Of a DNA stretch of 64,000 bases, positions 26,369 to 33,989 are shown in pieces (position 1 is the first letter of the stretch; each line of letters begins with the position of its first letter). Position numbers and translations under genes: made by a program. Origin of the DNA: a virus; IMG/VR virus record IMGVR_UViG_3300008416_000001; one strand, written 5' to 3'. The notes under the pieces are model-generated. The model searched no databases, had not been told where the DNA came from, and saw only the letters and a list, made by a program, of their open reading frames with translations.

Positions 26369-26716
26369 TTAATTATTTATTACTTTCGATATGTGCAGAC
26401 CGTCACCAATTAGATTTGCCTCCTTTACTCTATGCCAGAATTTCCAGATGATTGATCGTTCTACTGCTGTTCTTTTTCTCCTTGTGTCTGCCACTCTGGA
26501 ATAATACACATTGTCAAGTGTTTTTCTCCATCCATCTTCTGCACAACCGAAGAAATCCATTCTCCATTCGTCCCAACATAATGACTTGTCTGATTTTGTC
26601 CCGGCAGATTCAACATCATGCGACCCTGTTTTGTATAAATTGGCCTCTTCTAGCAATAAGGCGGTTAGGTATATGTCTCTCTTCTCCTCCATTGATAGTT
26701 TAGGTACCCTGCTCAT
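26369..26716 (-). CDS. Hypothetical protein (115 aa), positional candidate for a late-gene regulator
   Basis: GGAGG RBS; last gene before the late promoter. Confidence 0.65.
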   Translation of the reverse strand: MSRVPKLSMEEKRDIYLTALLLEEANLYKTGSHDVESAGTKSDKSLCWDEWRMDFFGCAEDGWRKTLDNVYYSRVADTRRKRTAVERSIIWKFWHRVKEANLIGDGLHISKVINN

Positions 26717-26913
26717 GTGGCCTCCGGTAGCGGGTCTAGCGATTTCCAATGTGTCACATGCCCATATGTTTCATTAAACTTTTTAGAATCAAACAATAAA
26801 ACCTCTTGATAACGAACTGGTCCTTCAGTTCCCGTAGCCTGATACTGTGCAACGACAAGAACAAAAAGTCTCCCTTCGGGCAATCTATCTTTAACGCTAA
26901 TCCATTCGCTCAT
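26713..26913 (-). CDS. DUF551-like protein
   Basis: MSEWISVKDRLPE...VTHWK.L..LP signature. Confidence 0.75.
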   Translation of the reverse strand: MSEWISVKDRLPEGRLFVLVVAQYQATGTEGPVRYQEVLLFDSKKFNETYGHVTHWKSLDPLPEAT

Positions 26914-27442
26914 CGTATTGCTCCCCTGGTTTCGTTGGTTCGGTGAGGGCTTGTTGGGCGATCTTGGCAACAAATGTCGGACGCCCCGCATCCATGTGGC
27001 CATAGCCTATTTTGTCCTTAGCTATACTCTCCAAAGCAGCACGCAATCGCTGTGCTGTGGCTTGGGATTGCTTTTTGCCTTGTAAGTAATCAGAATTTTC
27101 AACCTGTAAAGATCGTATATAATCAGCTTGTTTGTCTGCCTCTTCTTCCAACTCCTTCACCTTGGCTTCGGCTTTCTCGGCGCGGAGTAAGAACTCTGTC
27201 GCTAAATTTGATTCGTCCTCAAGGTCTTTGAGTAACTCAGTTTCTCTCTGCTTCAACCTATCCACCTCTTCTTGGCTCTTGGCGAGTTCGGAAATATAAT
27301 ATTCTTCAACAGATGCGTGATAATTTTCGTCATGGCATTCTGGGCAAAGTCCGTTGATGATTGCTCCCCAGCGACCGCAGTCACATTGCCCGGTTGTTGC
27401 ACGATCCCAATCTTTGTGTACTCTTTTTGGTTTTTCCATCAC
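26897..27442 (-). CDS. Coiled-coil hypothetical protein with an N-terminal Cys cluster
   Basis: CDCG...CPEC followed by heptad repeats. Confidence 0.65.
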   Translation of the reverse strand: MMEKPKRVHKDWDRATTGQCDCGRWGAIINGLCPECHDENYHASVEEYYISELAKSQEEVDRLKQRETELLKDLEDESNLATEFLLRAEKAEAKVKELEEEADKQADYIRSLQVENSDYLQGKKQSQATAQRLRAALESIAKDKIGYGHMDAGRPTFVAKIAQQALTEPTKPGEQYDERMD

Positions 27443-27804
27443 TTCCTCCCTTTGTCGTGCTTTGCAGAAGCATCAGCGACTCCAATGGCCCATTTTAGAA
27501 ATGCGGCCATTTCGGTATTGTCTGTGTGAAAAGAAATATTAATAGGTGGTGGATTTTTCGCCGCTTCCAGCACCGCTTCAACGGATTCTGAGAGGTGGCG
27601 GGTGTTGAACGCTTTAAGATTGTCTGCCTGGAGCTCTGACAATGTGTCTCTTCCATGCTCAGACCTATCATCGAATTGGAATAACAAACCACAACTCTTG
27701 CACTCAATATTGTCGCAACACTCGCCACTCACTTTCTCACCATCAAAGTCACACCATTGCACTTGACCTTGACATATTGGACACGGCAACAATTTCTCAC
27801 TCAT
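27439..27804 (-). CDS. Lar-like (restriction alleviation) zinc-ribbon protein
   Basis: MSEKLLPCPICQG...IECKSCG...AFNTR pattern. Confidence 0.6.
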   Translation of the reverse strand: MSEKLLPCPICQGQVQWCDFDGEKVSGECCDNIECKSCGLLFQFDDRSEHGRDTLSELQADNLKAFNTRHLSESVEAVLEAAKNPPPINISFHTDNTEMAAFLKWAIGVADASAKHDKGRK

Positions 27805-28256
27805 AAGCCTATTCTCCTCGCCAGCCTCTGCACTACACCAATAGTTATACTGTGCCTCTTGCATGGTGCATCCAAGTCACAGGGTTCACCGATGCAAGCC
27901 TTGTTTGTATGCTTCATTGCTAAATTTACTTTTTGTTGTAGGTTCATCTCGTGGTTGCGAGGATTGAACGGGAAAGTTTTTTTCCATCGCTCCATAAACA
28001 ACATCATCGCAAAATTAGCTAAATCAACTAAGTCTTTGTCATCAACTTCCTCCTTGGCCGCTATCTTTGCTGCTTTCATCAACAACCGTTCTTTAACGTT
28101 GAAGTTTTGAGGTGTCTGCCAACCAGTAAAACCTTTGCTGAACTTGCAGTGCATCCTCTTTCCCATCCACTCAGAAAATATATCAATTGAATGGTTTATT
28201 TCTTCGCGTTCTTCACTACCTGAGACAGCATCCGGCAACAACTCTTTCTCACTCAT
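27801..28256 (-). CDS. Hypothetical protein with a KG..GW / DLVDLANFAMML helical domain
   Basis: AAGGAG RBS; motif recurrent in phage early regions. Confidence 0.6.
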   Translation of the reverse strand: MSEKELLPDAVSGSEEREEINHSIDIFSEWMGKRMHCKFSKGFTGWQTPQNFNVKERLLMKAAKIAAKEEVDDKDLVDLANFAMMLFMERWKKTFPFNPRNHEMNLQQKVNLAMKHTNKACIGEPCDLDAPCKRHSITIGVVQRLARRIGL

Positions 28257-28354
28257 TTGGTTGCTCCTTTGGTATAAGAACCGCAACAAGTACACCTATA
28301 GACTGTGTATGGGTATCTGATACCACAGCACTCCCACCATGCTTCTGTATTCAT
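28253..28354 (-). CDS. Cys-rich microprotein (33 aa)
   Basis: GAGG RBS; MNTEAWWECCGIRYPYTVYRCTCCGSYTKGATK; ATGA coupling. Confidence 0.55.
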   Translation of the reverse strand: MNTEAWWECCGIRYPYTVYRCTCCGSYTKGATK

Positions 28355-28363
28355 CACTTCCTC

Positions 28364-28507
28364 CTAAGTCACCAGCCCGACCAAGCTTTTCGGGCGGTCA
28401 GTTGGTTTCTGGTCGCAGTCAGGGCAACTTTCATGCTCCTGCAAGGTTTGATTCCAGGGTTCGTCAGGGATGTGCCAGCCTTTGTCTTGGCAGGTCGGGC
28501 AGTTCAT
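28364..28507 (-). CDS. Zinc-finger microprotein (47 aa)
   Basis: GGAGGAG RBS; CPTC...CPDC. Confidence 0.6.
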   Translation of the reverse strand: MNCPTCQDKGWHIPDEPWNQTLQEHESCPDCDQKPTDRPKSLVGLVT

Positions 28508-28508
28508 C

Positions 28509-28775
28509 TCACTCCTCCAATCCGTAGAACTCTGCGACGGCGTTTAGAAATGTTGTGGGGTTTATGAGGTCTACTGGTAAGGCGTCATATGATGGGTCAA
28601 GATAACCAGCATTAATCATCTGATCTGATACAAACACTTTCCAGTCATCACTATTCCCCATAGCGTTAAAGAGCTTGATGAACCCTTCTGGTGAATCGAA
28701 ACAAGATAAACAACCCTTAATATATATTGGGTATGGCATGTCTAGCCTTTTACATAGCAATTCTTCTTTATTCAT
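28509..28775 (-). CDS. Hypothetical protein
   Basis: 88-aa ORF, ATGA overlap. Confidence 0.65.
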   Translation of the reverse strand: MNKEELLCKRLDMPYPIYIKGCLSCFDSPEGFIKLFNAMGNSDDWKVFVSDQMINAGYLDPSYDALPVDLINPTTFLNAVAEFYGLEE

Positions 28776-29338
28776 TTTTCTCTCCCATGGTTAGGATGAT
28801 AATCATTCTTCATGTTTGCAACATCTCTTACTAGAATAGCTTTCTTTAGGCAGAAGAAATATCCAAGATGTTTTCTGCCGCTGTCTGTGCAAATTCTGAC
28901 TAACCATTTATTAGCTTTGCTATTCCATGTGACACCAGTAAACCCAGACTTGTTATCTTTTCTTCTTTTGGCGTTTCTTTGATTCTGGCTTCTAGTCACA
29001 TCTCTTAAGTTTGAAATATGGTTGTTCAGGCCGTTACCATCAACATGGTCTATTTGTCCCTTGGGCCAAGAGAGATAACAATATAACCATACTACTCGAT
29101 GAAGAGCATACACTTTACCTATAGCCCTAACTTGCAAATAAGTTGTGCCATGTCCAGCGCGTTCGTAACCTACTTTCCTTCCCGCGTACATCTTATTAAA
29201 AACGTTTCGCGCTCGTCTGTTTGGTTCGACATCATCAGTACGCTCCCGCCAGAACAATTCACCTGTTTGATCGTTGGCATAAAATAGTTCGCGTACATTA
29301 TTAGGGCCAACATCGTATACCTGCTTTTGGATGTTCAT
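28772..29338 (-). CDS. HNH homing endonuclease with a C-terminal AP2-like domain
   Basis: LHRVVW...IDHVDGNGLNNHISNLR..T..QN..N...DNKSGFTGV.W. Confidence 0.9.
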   Translation of the reverse strand: MNIQKQVYDVGPNNVRELFYANDQTGELFWRERTDDVEPNRRARNVFNKMYAGRKVGYERAGHGTTYLQVRAIGKVYALHRVVWLYCYLSWPKGQIDHVDGNGLNNHISNLRDVTRSQNQRNAKRRKDNKSGFTGVTWNSKANKWLVRICTDSGRKHLGYFFCLKKAILVRDVANMKNDYHPNHGREK

Positions 29339-29373
29339 GTTGCCTCCTTGTTCCACGAATGATTGATAACTAC

Positions 29374-29562
29374 TTACCCAAAAGTTACGAGGTGGGCAGT
29401 TCTGCCAGAAATTTGTTTTATCTGCTTACTTAGCTCAAGGATGCAATCATAAGGATTGGTATGTTGTGCTCCGTAATCATCTCCGTCACGACTAGCCCAC
29501 ATTAATGTTCCTTGACCACCGCAGTAACGGCATTTATTTGGTTTTCCTTTTGGGTTTTTCAT
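29374..29562 (-). CDS. Hypothetical small protein
   Basis: 62 aa; CRYCGG; GAGG RBS. Confidence 0.6.
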   Translation of the reverse strand: MKNPKGKPNKCRYCGGQGTLMWASRDGDDYGAQHTNPYDCILELSKQIKQISGRTAHLVTFG

Positions 29563-29571
29563 CTCTTCCTC

Positions 29572-30030
29572 CTATCTGCTGCAAAGGTTGGTTACTGCTT
29601 CCTTAAACGACATTCCGTCACGGTCCATCAAAACCCCGATTGAATCAAAAGACTTCCCGCAGACGGGGCAATTTGCTTTGTTAATTCTCGTAGCGTGGTA
29701 CATGCTAGGGTTTTTATCCTCATGACAAAAAGCTATTGCCTTGCCATGCTTAAACTCTACCAACTGTCCAACAGGGTAATCCCTGGCTCTGTCTATCATC
29801 TCATCTGTCAATCCTGGCTTTTTAAATGTCACTTGCTTAATCGTCCTTAGCTCTGATTTTATCTTGGCCCTCTTCAGTGCCAGTTCAGAATACTGGCACA
29901 GAGAGAAATACTCGTTTGCAACGTCGCCCTCATAATCGTCATAAAAAGCTATTTCAAGGTCTAACAGTTCAAGCTCGTCTGTCAAGTACCGGCGCCGAGC
30001 GTTACAAACGTATTGAGGTGTTAGGTTCAT
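29572..30030 (-). CDS. Stand-alone CHC2 zinc-finger (DnaG ZBD-like) protein
   Basis: FCHEDKNPS...CPVCG..FD.I..LM..DGMSF.EAV..L; no TOPRIM domain. Confidence 0.8.
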   Translation of the reverse strand: MNLTPQYVCNARRRYLTDELELLDLEIAFYDDYEGDVANEYFSLCQYSELALKRAKIKSELRTIKQVTFKKPGLTDEMIDRARDYPVGQLVEFKHGKAIAFCHEDKNPSMYHATRINKANCPVCGKSFDSIGVLMDRDGMSFKEAVTNLCSR

Positions 30031-30061
30031 TTCTTCGCCCACCTTCAGTCCTTGATAGATA

Positions 30062-30901
30062 TTACTTTTTTGGTAGCCCGAATTTTGCATGTAAGTCATC
30101 CTTCATCAAACCTGATTTGTAATCGTAGTACATCTGGATTTTCCCAACTCGTCCGAAGTTCTTTTGCTTTATCTTCTGAACGTCTAAAGTCGGTTCGTTC
30201 TTTTGCATATCCTCGCGGTGGATTACTAAACCATAATCAGCCTTGTTCCGCCAATGAGCAGATCCGCTGATTGACCATAGATTTATTGATGGCATTTTCC
30301 CGTCACGGTTTGGCTGCATCTTTGTTGGGTGAGCTATGATCGTACCGAATAATTCGTTTTCACGACAGAAGCGCCGGAACTTTCGCAGAGCCTCTTCAAT
30401 GTAATCTGTCTCAGATATGCCCCGCGGTCTGGTTATCTCATTCCAAGGGTCAAGCACGAAGGCATCAAGGCCATAGGTGTCTTTAACTGTCTTTACAGTG
30501 TCCAGTATCTCGTCTAACGTGATGTCTTCTTGATCCGGGTAGATCCATGTAGCGTATTCATCTATGACCTTGGTGACACTTTTGTAGTCTGCATCTTTGG
30601 CGTCCTTGTGGCTCATGCCTAAAAACTTCTCGCAGAGCTTAATGAAGTGCAGAGCTGTCGGATAGTTTTCCGGTGAGAAGATAGCCCACCGCCATTGATG
30701 CAACCAGATAGTGTTCGCAATCAGGCAATCGTAAAATTCTGATTTGCCATGCCCTGGTATTCCAGTAGCAACACAGAAATAACCTTTCTGTGGCCTGAAG
30801 TGCTTATCAACATCATGCCAACCAGTTGAGACGCCTTGTGGCAATCCAACGGTTCTGATGGTGTTAAGGTCGTCCATGAGGTCTGCGTATTTTTGTATCA
30901 T
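30062..30901 (-). CDS. SF4 (T7 gp4/Twinkle/DnaB-like) replicative helicase
   Basis: TGIPGHGKSEF Walker A; FSPEN; FVLDPWN Walker B; AHPTK; ISGSAHWRNKAD. Confidence 0.85.
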   Translation of the reverse strand: MIQKYADLMDDLNTIRTVGLPQGVSTGWHDVDKHFRPQKGYFCVATGIPGHGKSEFYDCLIANTIWLHQWRWAIFSPENYPTALHFIKLCEKFLGMSHKDAKDADYKSVTKVIDEYATWIYPDQEDITLDEILDTVKTVKDTYGLDAFVLDPWNEITRPRGISETDYIEEALRKFRRFCRENELFGTIIAHPTKMQPNRDGKMPSINLWSISGSAHWRNKADYGLVIHREDMQKNEPTLDVQKIKQKNFGRVGKIQMYYDYKSGLMKDDLHAKFGLPKK

Positions 30902-31431
30902 CAGTATTGCCCGTAGTTAGTGCCAGTTGGTTTTTCTAATTCTTTTTTCTTTGCCCACTTCTGGATAACAAGAGAGTGATTCTTATATTTGTATCCGTAA
31001 GTTTCTATGGCATCATCAAGTTCTTTAATCTTTTCATCAACACTTCCGTTGAACTTGTCTTTCAGACTTTCATATTGAGTGTCTGTCAAAAGAACGTTTT
31101 TGTATTCCCCGTATTTATGTTTATTACCTTTACCCTTACTACTAGTGTCAAGGTCATCAACAGGGGGTGTACTTAAGTCCTTGTTTTTATGTTCTTTTTT
31201 AGGCCACCTTTTTGCAACGCCTTTTTTACCACTTTCTGACGATTTACCACGCCTTTTATCGGTTGCTGACATAAGTTTTTTAGCATAGGCAGTCTTGCAT
31301 TTTCTTGGTTCATTCTGATTAAGGTCAGCAATGAAATCCAATAACCATTGATGGGCAGTTTCTTTATCAAGACGTAACACTTCAGCCGTCAGGTCAGAGA
31401 TAACCATTGTATGATAGAGCGGTTTTTTCAT
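30901..31431 (-). CDS. Replication initiator / replisome organiser
   Basis: Basic linker and C-terminal YGEYKNVLLT...KYKNH..VI.KW domain; directly before the helicase. Confidence 0.7.
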   Translation of the reverse strand: MKKPLYHTMVISDLTAEVLRLDKETAHQWLLDFIADLNQNEPRKCKTAYAKKLMSATDKRRGKSSESGKKGVAKRWPKKEHKNKDLSTPPVDDLDTSSKGKGNKHKYGEYKNVLLTDTQYESLKDKFNGSVDEKIKELDDAIETYGYKYKNHSLVIQKWAKKKELEKPTGTNYGQY

Positions 31432-31464
31432 GTCTTACCTGCTATGTAGAAGGGCGTCCATGCT

Positions 31465-32148
31465 TTAGCCATTATCAATTTCCTTAATTGCTTGCATTAT
31501 TGCAGCGGCTACTTTGGGGTCAATTGAATTGCCTAGAGATTTAAGTCTGTGTGTCCTATTGGGTAGTTCATCAGATACTCGAACAACTCTGGAGAAATCC
31601 TCTGCTCCCCTATAATCGTTTTGTAATTCCTGCAGCTCTTCCACTTTTGCATCGATGGCGCTTTGAAGTTTGCCATCGTTGTAGGTGTGTGCAATAACCC
31701 ACCAGCGATTCCTCTGATGGTCATACCCAAGCTGAGAAGAACCAATACACTGTATAAACGCATTGTATCCGAGTGCTTCCAATTCTCTCTTAACGCCTTC
31801 AACAGCTTTTCTTTGGACATTTTCGCCAATGACATATCGAGGCATGACATTTCGTATAATTCTGACAAAATCAGAAGAAAGGCATGGTGCATTGTTTCTG
31901 CCTCTTGCCGCTGTACTATGTGCTTGGCAGGGATATCCACCAGTGACGATGTATACATGTGCGATGTCGCTTCCATCAAGTTGGGTAATGTCATAGTATA
32001 ACTCCGATTCTGGCCAATGCTTCATAAGAATTTTTTGTGGGAACTCTTCTATCTCGCAAAAGATATGCTCAACATTCTCTTTCCCCCACACCCAATCAGC
32101 CGCTAGCGAAAAGCCTCCTATGCCACTGAATAAATCAAGATGTTTCAT
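31465..32148 (-). CDS. DNA (cytosine-5) methyltransferase
   Basis: Motif I DLFSGIGG; IV GGYPCQ; VI ENV; VIII Q.RNRW; X LGNSI. Confidence 0.92.
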   Translation of the reverse strand: MKHLDLFSGIGGFSLAADWVWGKENVEHIFCEIEEFPQKILMKHWPESELYYDITQLDGSDIAHVYIVTGGYPCQAHSTAARGRNNAPCLSSDFVRIIRNVMPRYVIGENVQRKAVEGVKRELEALGYNAFIQCIGSSQLGYDHQRNRWWVIAHTYNDGKLQSAIDAKVEELQELQNDYRGAEDFSRVVRVSDELPNRTHRLKSLGNSIDPKVAAAIMQAIKEIDNG

Positions 32149-32166
32149 AATCCACCAAAAGAAAAA

Positions 32167-32229
32167 GCTGCTTAGGAGATTGACCCTGCTATGGAGCGTG
32201 TGAAAACTCCGGTCAATCACCTAAACAGC
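32167..32229 (-). promoter_or_regulatory. Long leader hairpin/attenuator upstream of the methyltransferase-replication operon
   Basis: 19-nt arms 32167-32185 and 32211-32229 (2 mismatches), inner GGAG/CTCC hairpin, followed by a U-rich tract on the minus strand. Confidence 0.55.
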
Positions 32230-32231
32230 CT

Positions 32232-32321
32232 ATTGTAAATCTTCACACTTTGTTGCCCAAGCGGATAGCAGTCCGTTTTTCTTGAACGTCTTCATATTAT
32301 CACATTTCATATCTTTGTCAA
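32232..32321 (-). promoter_or_regulatory. Tandem promoters: TTGACA-16-(TG)TAATAT (32294-32321) and TTGGGC-17-TACAAT (32232-32260)
   Basis: Hexamer matches in the intergenic gap. Confidence 0.5.
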
Positions 32322-32367
32322 CCGGATAAGGGCGTTAAAATAACCTCGTCCGATGTTTGTCAAGGGG

Positions 32368-32553
32368 TTAATCACGCAGTCTATTGAGAGTTTCACTATC
32401 ATCATTCAGTAAATGCTCTACATAGGCGCGAGGCTCCAGTGTTGCTATATGTTCCCACTCTGGATGATCTTCATATTCTTTCGCATCGTCTAAGTAAGTG
32501 ACGACAACAGCCCCAAGCCTTACATAGACAAATAACATAGATGATAAATCCAT
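32368..32553 (-). CDS. Hypothetical protein
   Basis: GGAGG RBS before MDLSSM. Confidence 0.6.
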   Translation of the reverse strand: MDLSSMLFVYVRLGAVVVTYLDDAKEYEDHPEWEHIATLEPRAYVEHLLNDDSETLNRLRD

Positions 32554-32648
32554 CACATCCTCCACGTATAAAGGTTAAATACCACCGTACAGCTATAAAA
32601 TAGCGCGAATAGGGATAAGAGGTAGAGGACTGTCTCTTCTTGTGTCAT

Positions 32649-32843
32649 TTATTCCTCCATACCGAAAGCATTATCTTCTTTCGCTAGCTCTGCATCGTTT
32701 CTGTCGGCACACATTCGATGTATCTCGTGCTCGATATCGTTTATTGTTCGCATAACACCTCTGCCGCCGTTCAGTCTAAGCCCACACAGGAAGCAACGTT
32801 TATGCCTTGTTCTCTTTGGCTGCACAATCTCTTCGTTTGTCAT
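32649..32843 (-). CDS. Small zinc-finger-like protein
   Basis: CFLCG...HRMC. Confidence 0.6.
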   Translation of the reverse strand: MTNEEIVQPKRTRHKRCFLCGLRLNGGRGVMRTINDIEHEIHRMCADRNDAELAKEDNAFGMEE

Positions 32844-33121
32844 GATAACACTCCTTCGTTCAAAGCCCTCTCAATCGTCCTGAGAGCTAAAAGCATTTGA
32901 TAGCTTTCCATGTAGATACCATCGTTGTGGACATTTGAATGATGTTCCCGGCAAATAGGTATGGTGAACAGATCACTAATTTTAGTCCCGGTCCCCTTGC
33001 CCAACCCTCTAACTTGGATGTGGTGAGCGTCATCAGCAGGAGCCCCACAATCACACGGCAGAGACTTCACCCACTTGAGGTACTTCTTTGATCTCCACTT
33101 AACCGGCTTAGCAAACATCAT
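32840..33121 (-). CDS. DUF968-like HNH-related protein
   Basis: RSKKYLKWVKSLPC.CG..AD.AHH...G.GTK.SDL..IPICR.HH. Confidence 0.8.
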   Translation of the reverse strand: MMFAKPVKWRSKKYLKWVKSLPCDCGAPADDAHHIQVRGLGKGTGTKISDLFTIPICREHHSNVHNDGIYMESYQMLLALRTIERALNEGVLS

Positions 33122-33263
33122 CTTTCTCCCATTCTTCACAGACGCATTCAACCTCTAAACAATCGTCGCAGATCTCAGCCGGGCAGGGATTCTTGCCACG
33201 GACACATTTACCGGTGCCTTCCATCGGGTTGAATCTGAAAAACTGGCAGTTGTTATAACACAT
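33108..33263 (-). CDS. 9-Cys microprotein (51 aa; not in ORF track)
   Basis: AAGGAG RBS; MCYNNCQFFRFNPMEGTGKCVRGKNPCPAEICDDCLEVECVCEEWEKDDVC. Confidence 0.6.
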   Translation of the reverse strand: MCYNNCQFFRFNPMEGTGKCVRGKNPCPAEICDDCLEVECVCEEWEKDDVC

Positions 33264-33282
33264 GGCTCTCTCCTTGTTGGTG

Positions 33283-33447
33283 CTATAAATTGAATGCTTT
33301 TTTTATATGTTCTATAAGTTCGATAGCAGTTGTTTTGTCCAGCCAAAAATAAGCTGTGTCATCGCAATAGAATATCTCGAACCCTAATTCATTGTCTCGA
33401 TCAAGCTCATCATCAACTTCCATCCTACCTTCAAAAAACTCAGCCAT
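33283..33447 (-). CDS. Hypothetical acidic protein
   Basis: TAAGGAG RBS before MAEFFEG. Confidence 0.6.
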   Translation of the reverse strand: MAEFFEGRMEVDDELDRDNELGFEIFYCDDTAYFWLDKTTAIELIEHIKKAFNL

Positions 33448-33475
33448 CTCACGTCTCCTTAATCTGTCTTGGGGG

Positions 33476-33619
33476 CTAAACATAATAACAAAATCGGTGA
33501 TCATGTTGCATTTGTTTATATCTCTTTAGACATTGAGGGCTGCAAACATGACCATATGAAACCTGTATTGGCTTCCTTGCTACTTCCTTACAATAAATAC
33601 AAATTTTTGGCCTCATCAT
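33476..33619 (-). CDS. Zinc-finger microprotein (47 aa), first gene of the leftward arm
   Basis: AAGGAG RBS; CIYC...CSPQC. Confidence 0.6.
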   Translation of the reverse strand: MMRPKICIYCKEVARKPIQVSYGHVCSPQCLKRYKQMQHDHRFCYYV

Positions 33620-33639
33620 GTTCTCCTTTTGTTTGTCCT

Positions 33640-33667
33640 ATCTTATCAAGTGGCAAGCTAAAGTCAA
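33640..33667 (-). promoter_or_regulatory. Leftward early promoter TTGACT-16-(TG)TAAGAT
   Basis: Hexamer and extended -10 match at the strand switch. Confidence 0.65.
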
Positions 33668-33709
33668 TAAAAAAAGTTAACCCGAACAAAATAAAAAGTG
33701 AAAATAAAG

Positions 33710-33738
33710 TTGACAGGCATGTGGGGCCGTGTTATCTT
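33710..33738 (+). promoter_or_regulatory. Rightward early promoter TTGACA-17-(TG)TATCTT with an A-rich UP element
   Basis: Near-consensus hexamers; A-tracts at 33668-33708. Confidence 0.75.
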
Positions 33739-33776
33739 TTAATCACATTGAGGCACCAACCAACAAGGATAACATC

Positions 33777-33953
33777 ATGAAAACTCACTTACGCCAAAGC
33801 AGAAACAACAAAATTCCATCATGCACAACATATGGAACGGAGCGAAATACTTTTGGCGTATCCCCTCTCGACTTTCATGCATCAAACGACAAATGCAAAA
33901 AATGTGAAATTGTTTTTGAAAAACGAAGAGCCGCAGCAAAAAAAGGAGTTTAA
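33777..33953 (+). CDS. Hypothetical basic protein, first gene of the rightward arm
   Basis: AAGGA RBS; C...CKKC. Confidence 0.6.
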   Translation: MKTHLRQSRNNKIPSCTTYGTERNTFGVSPLDFHASNDKCKKCEIVFEKRRAAAKKGV

Positions 33954-33989
33954 GAAATGAACAGACCAGTTAAAACAAAAGGAGTCACG

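Noticed and set aside
31190-31265. Possible origin iterons (AAAAGGCGT x2, GTGGTAAA x2 on the minus strand) in the initiator gene
   Set aside because: Short, irregularly spaced and explicable by Lys/Gly codons; the position is plausible but the support is insufficient
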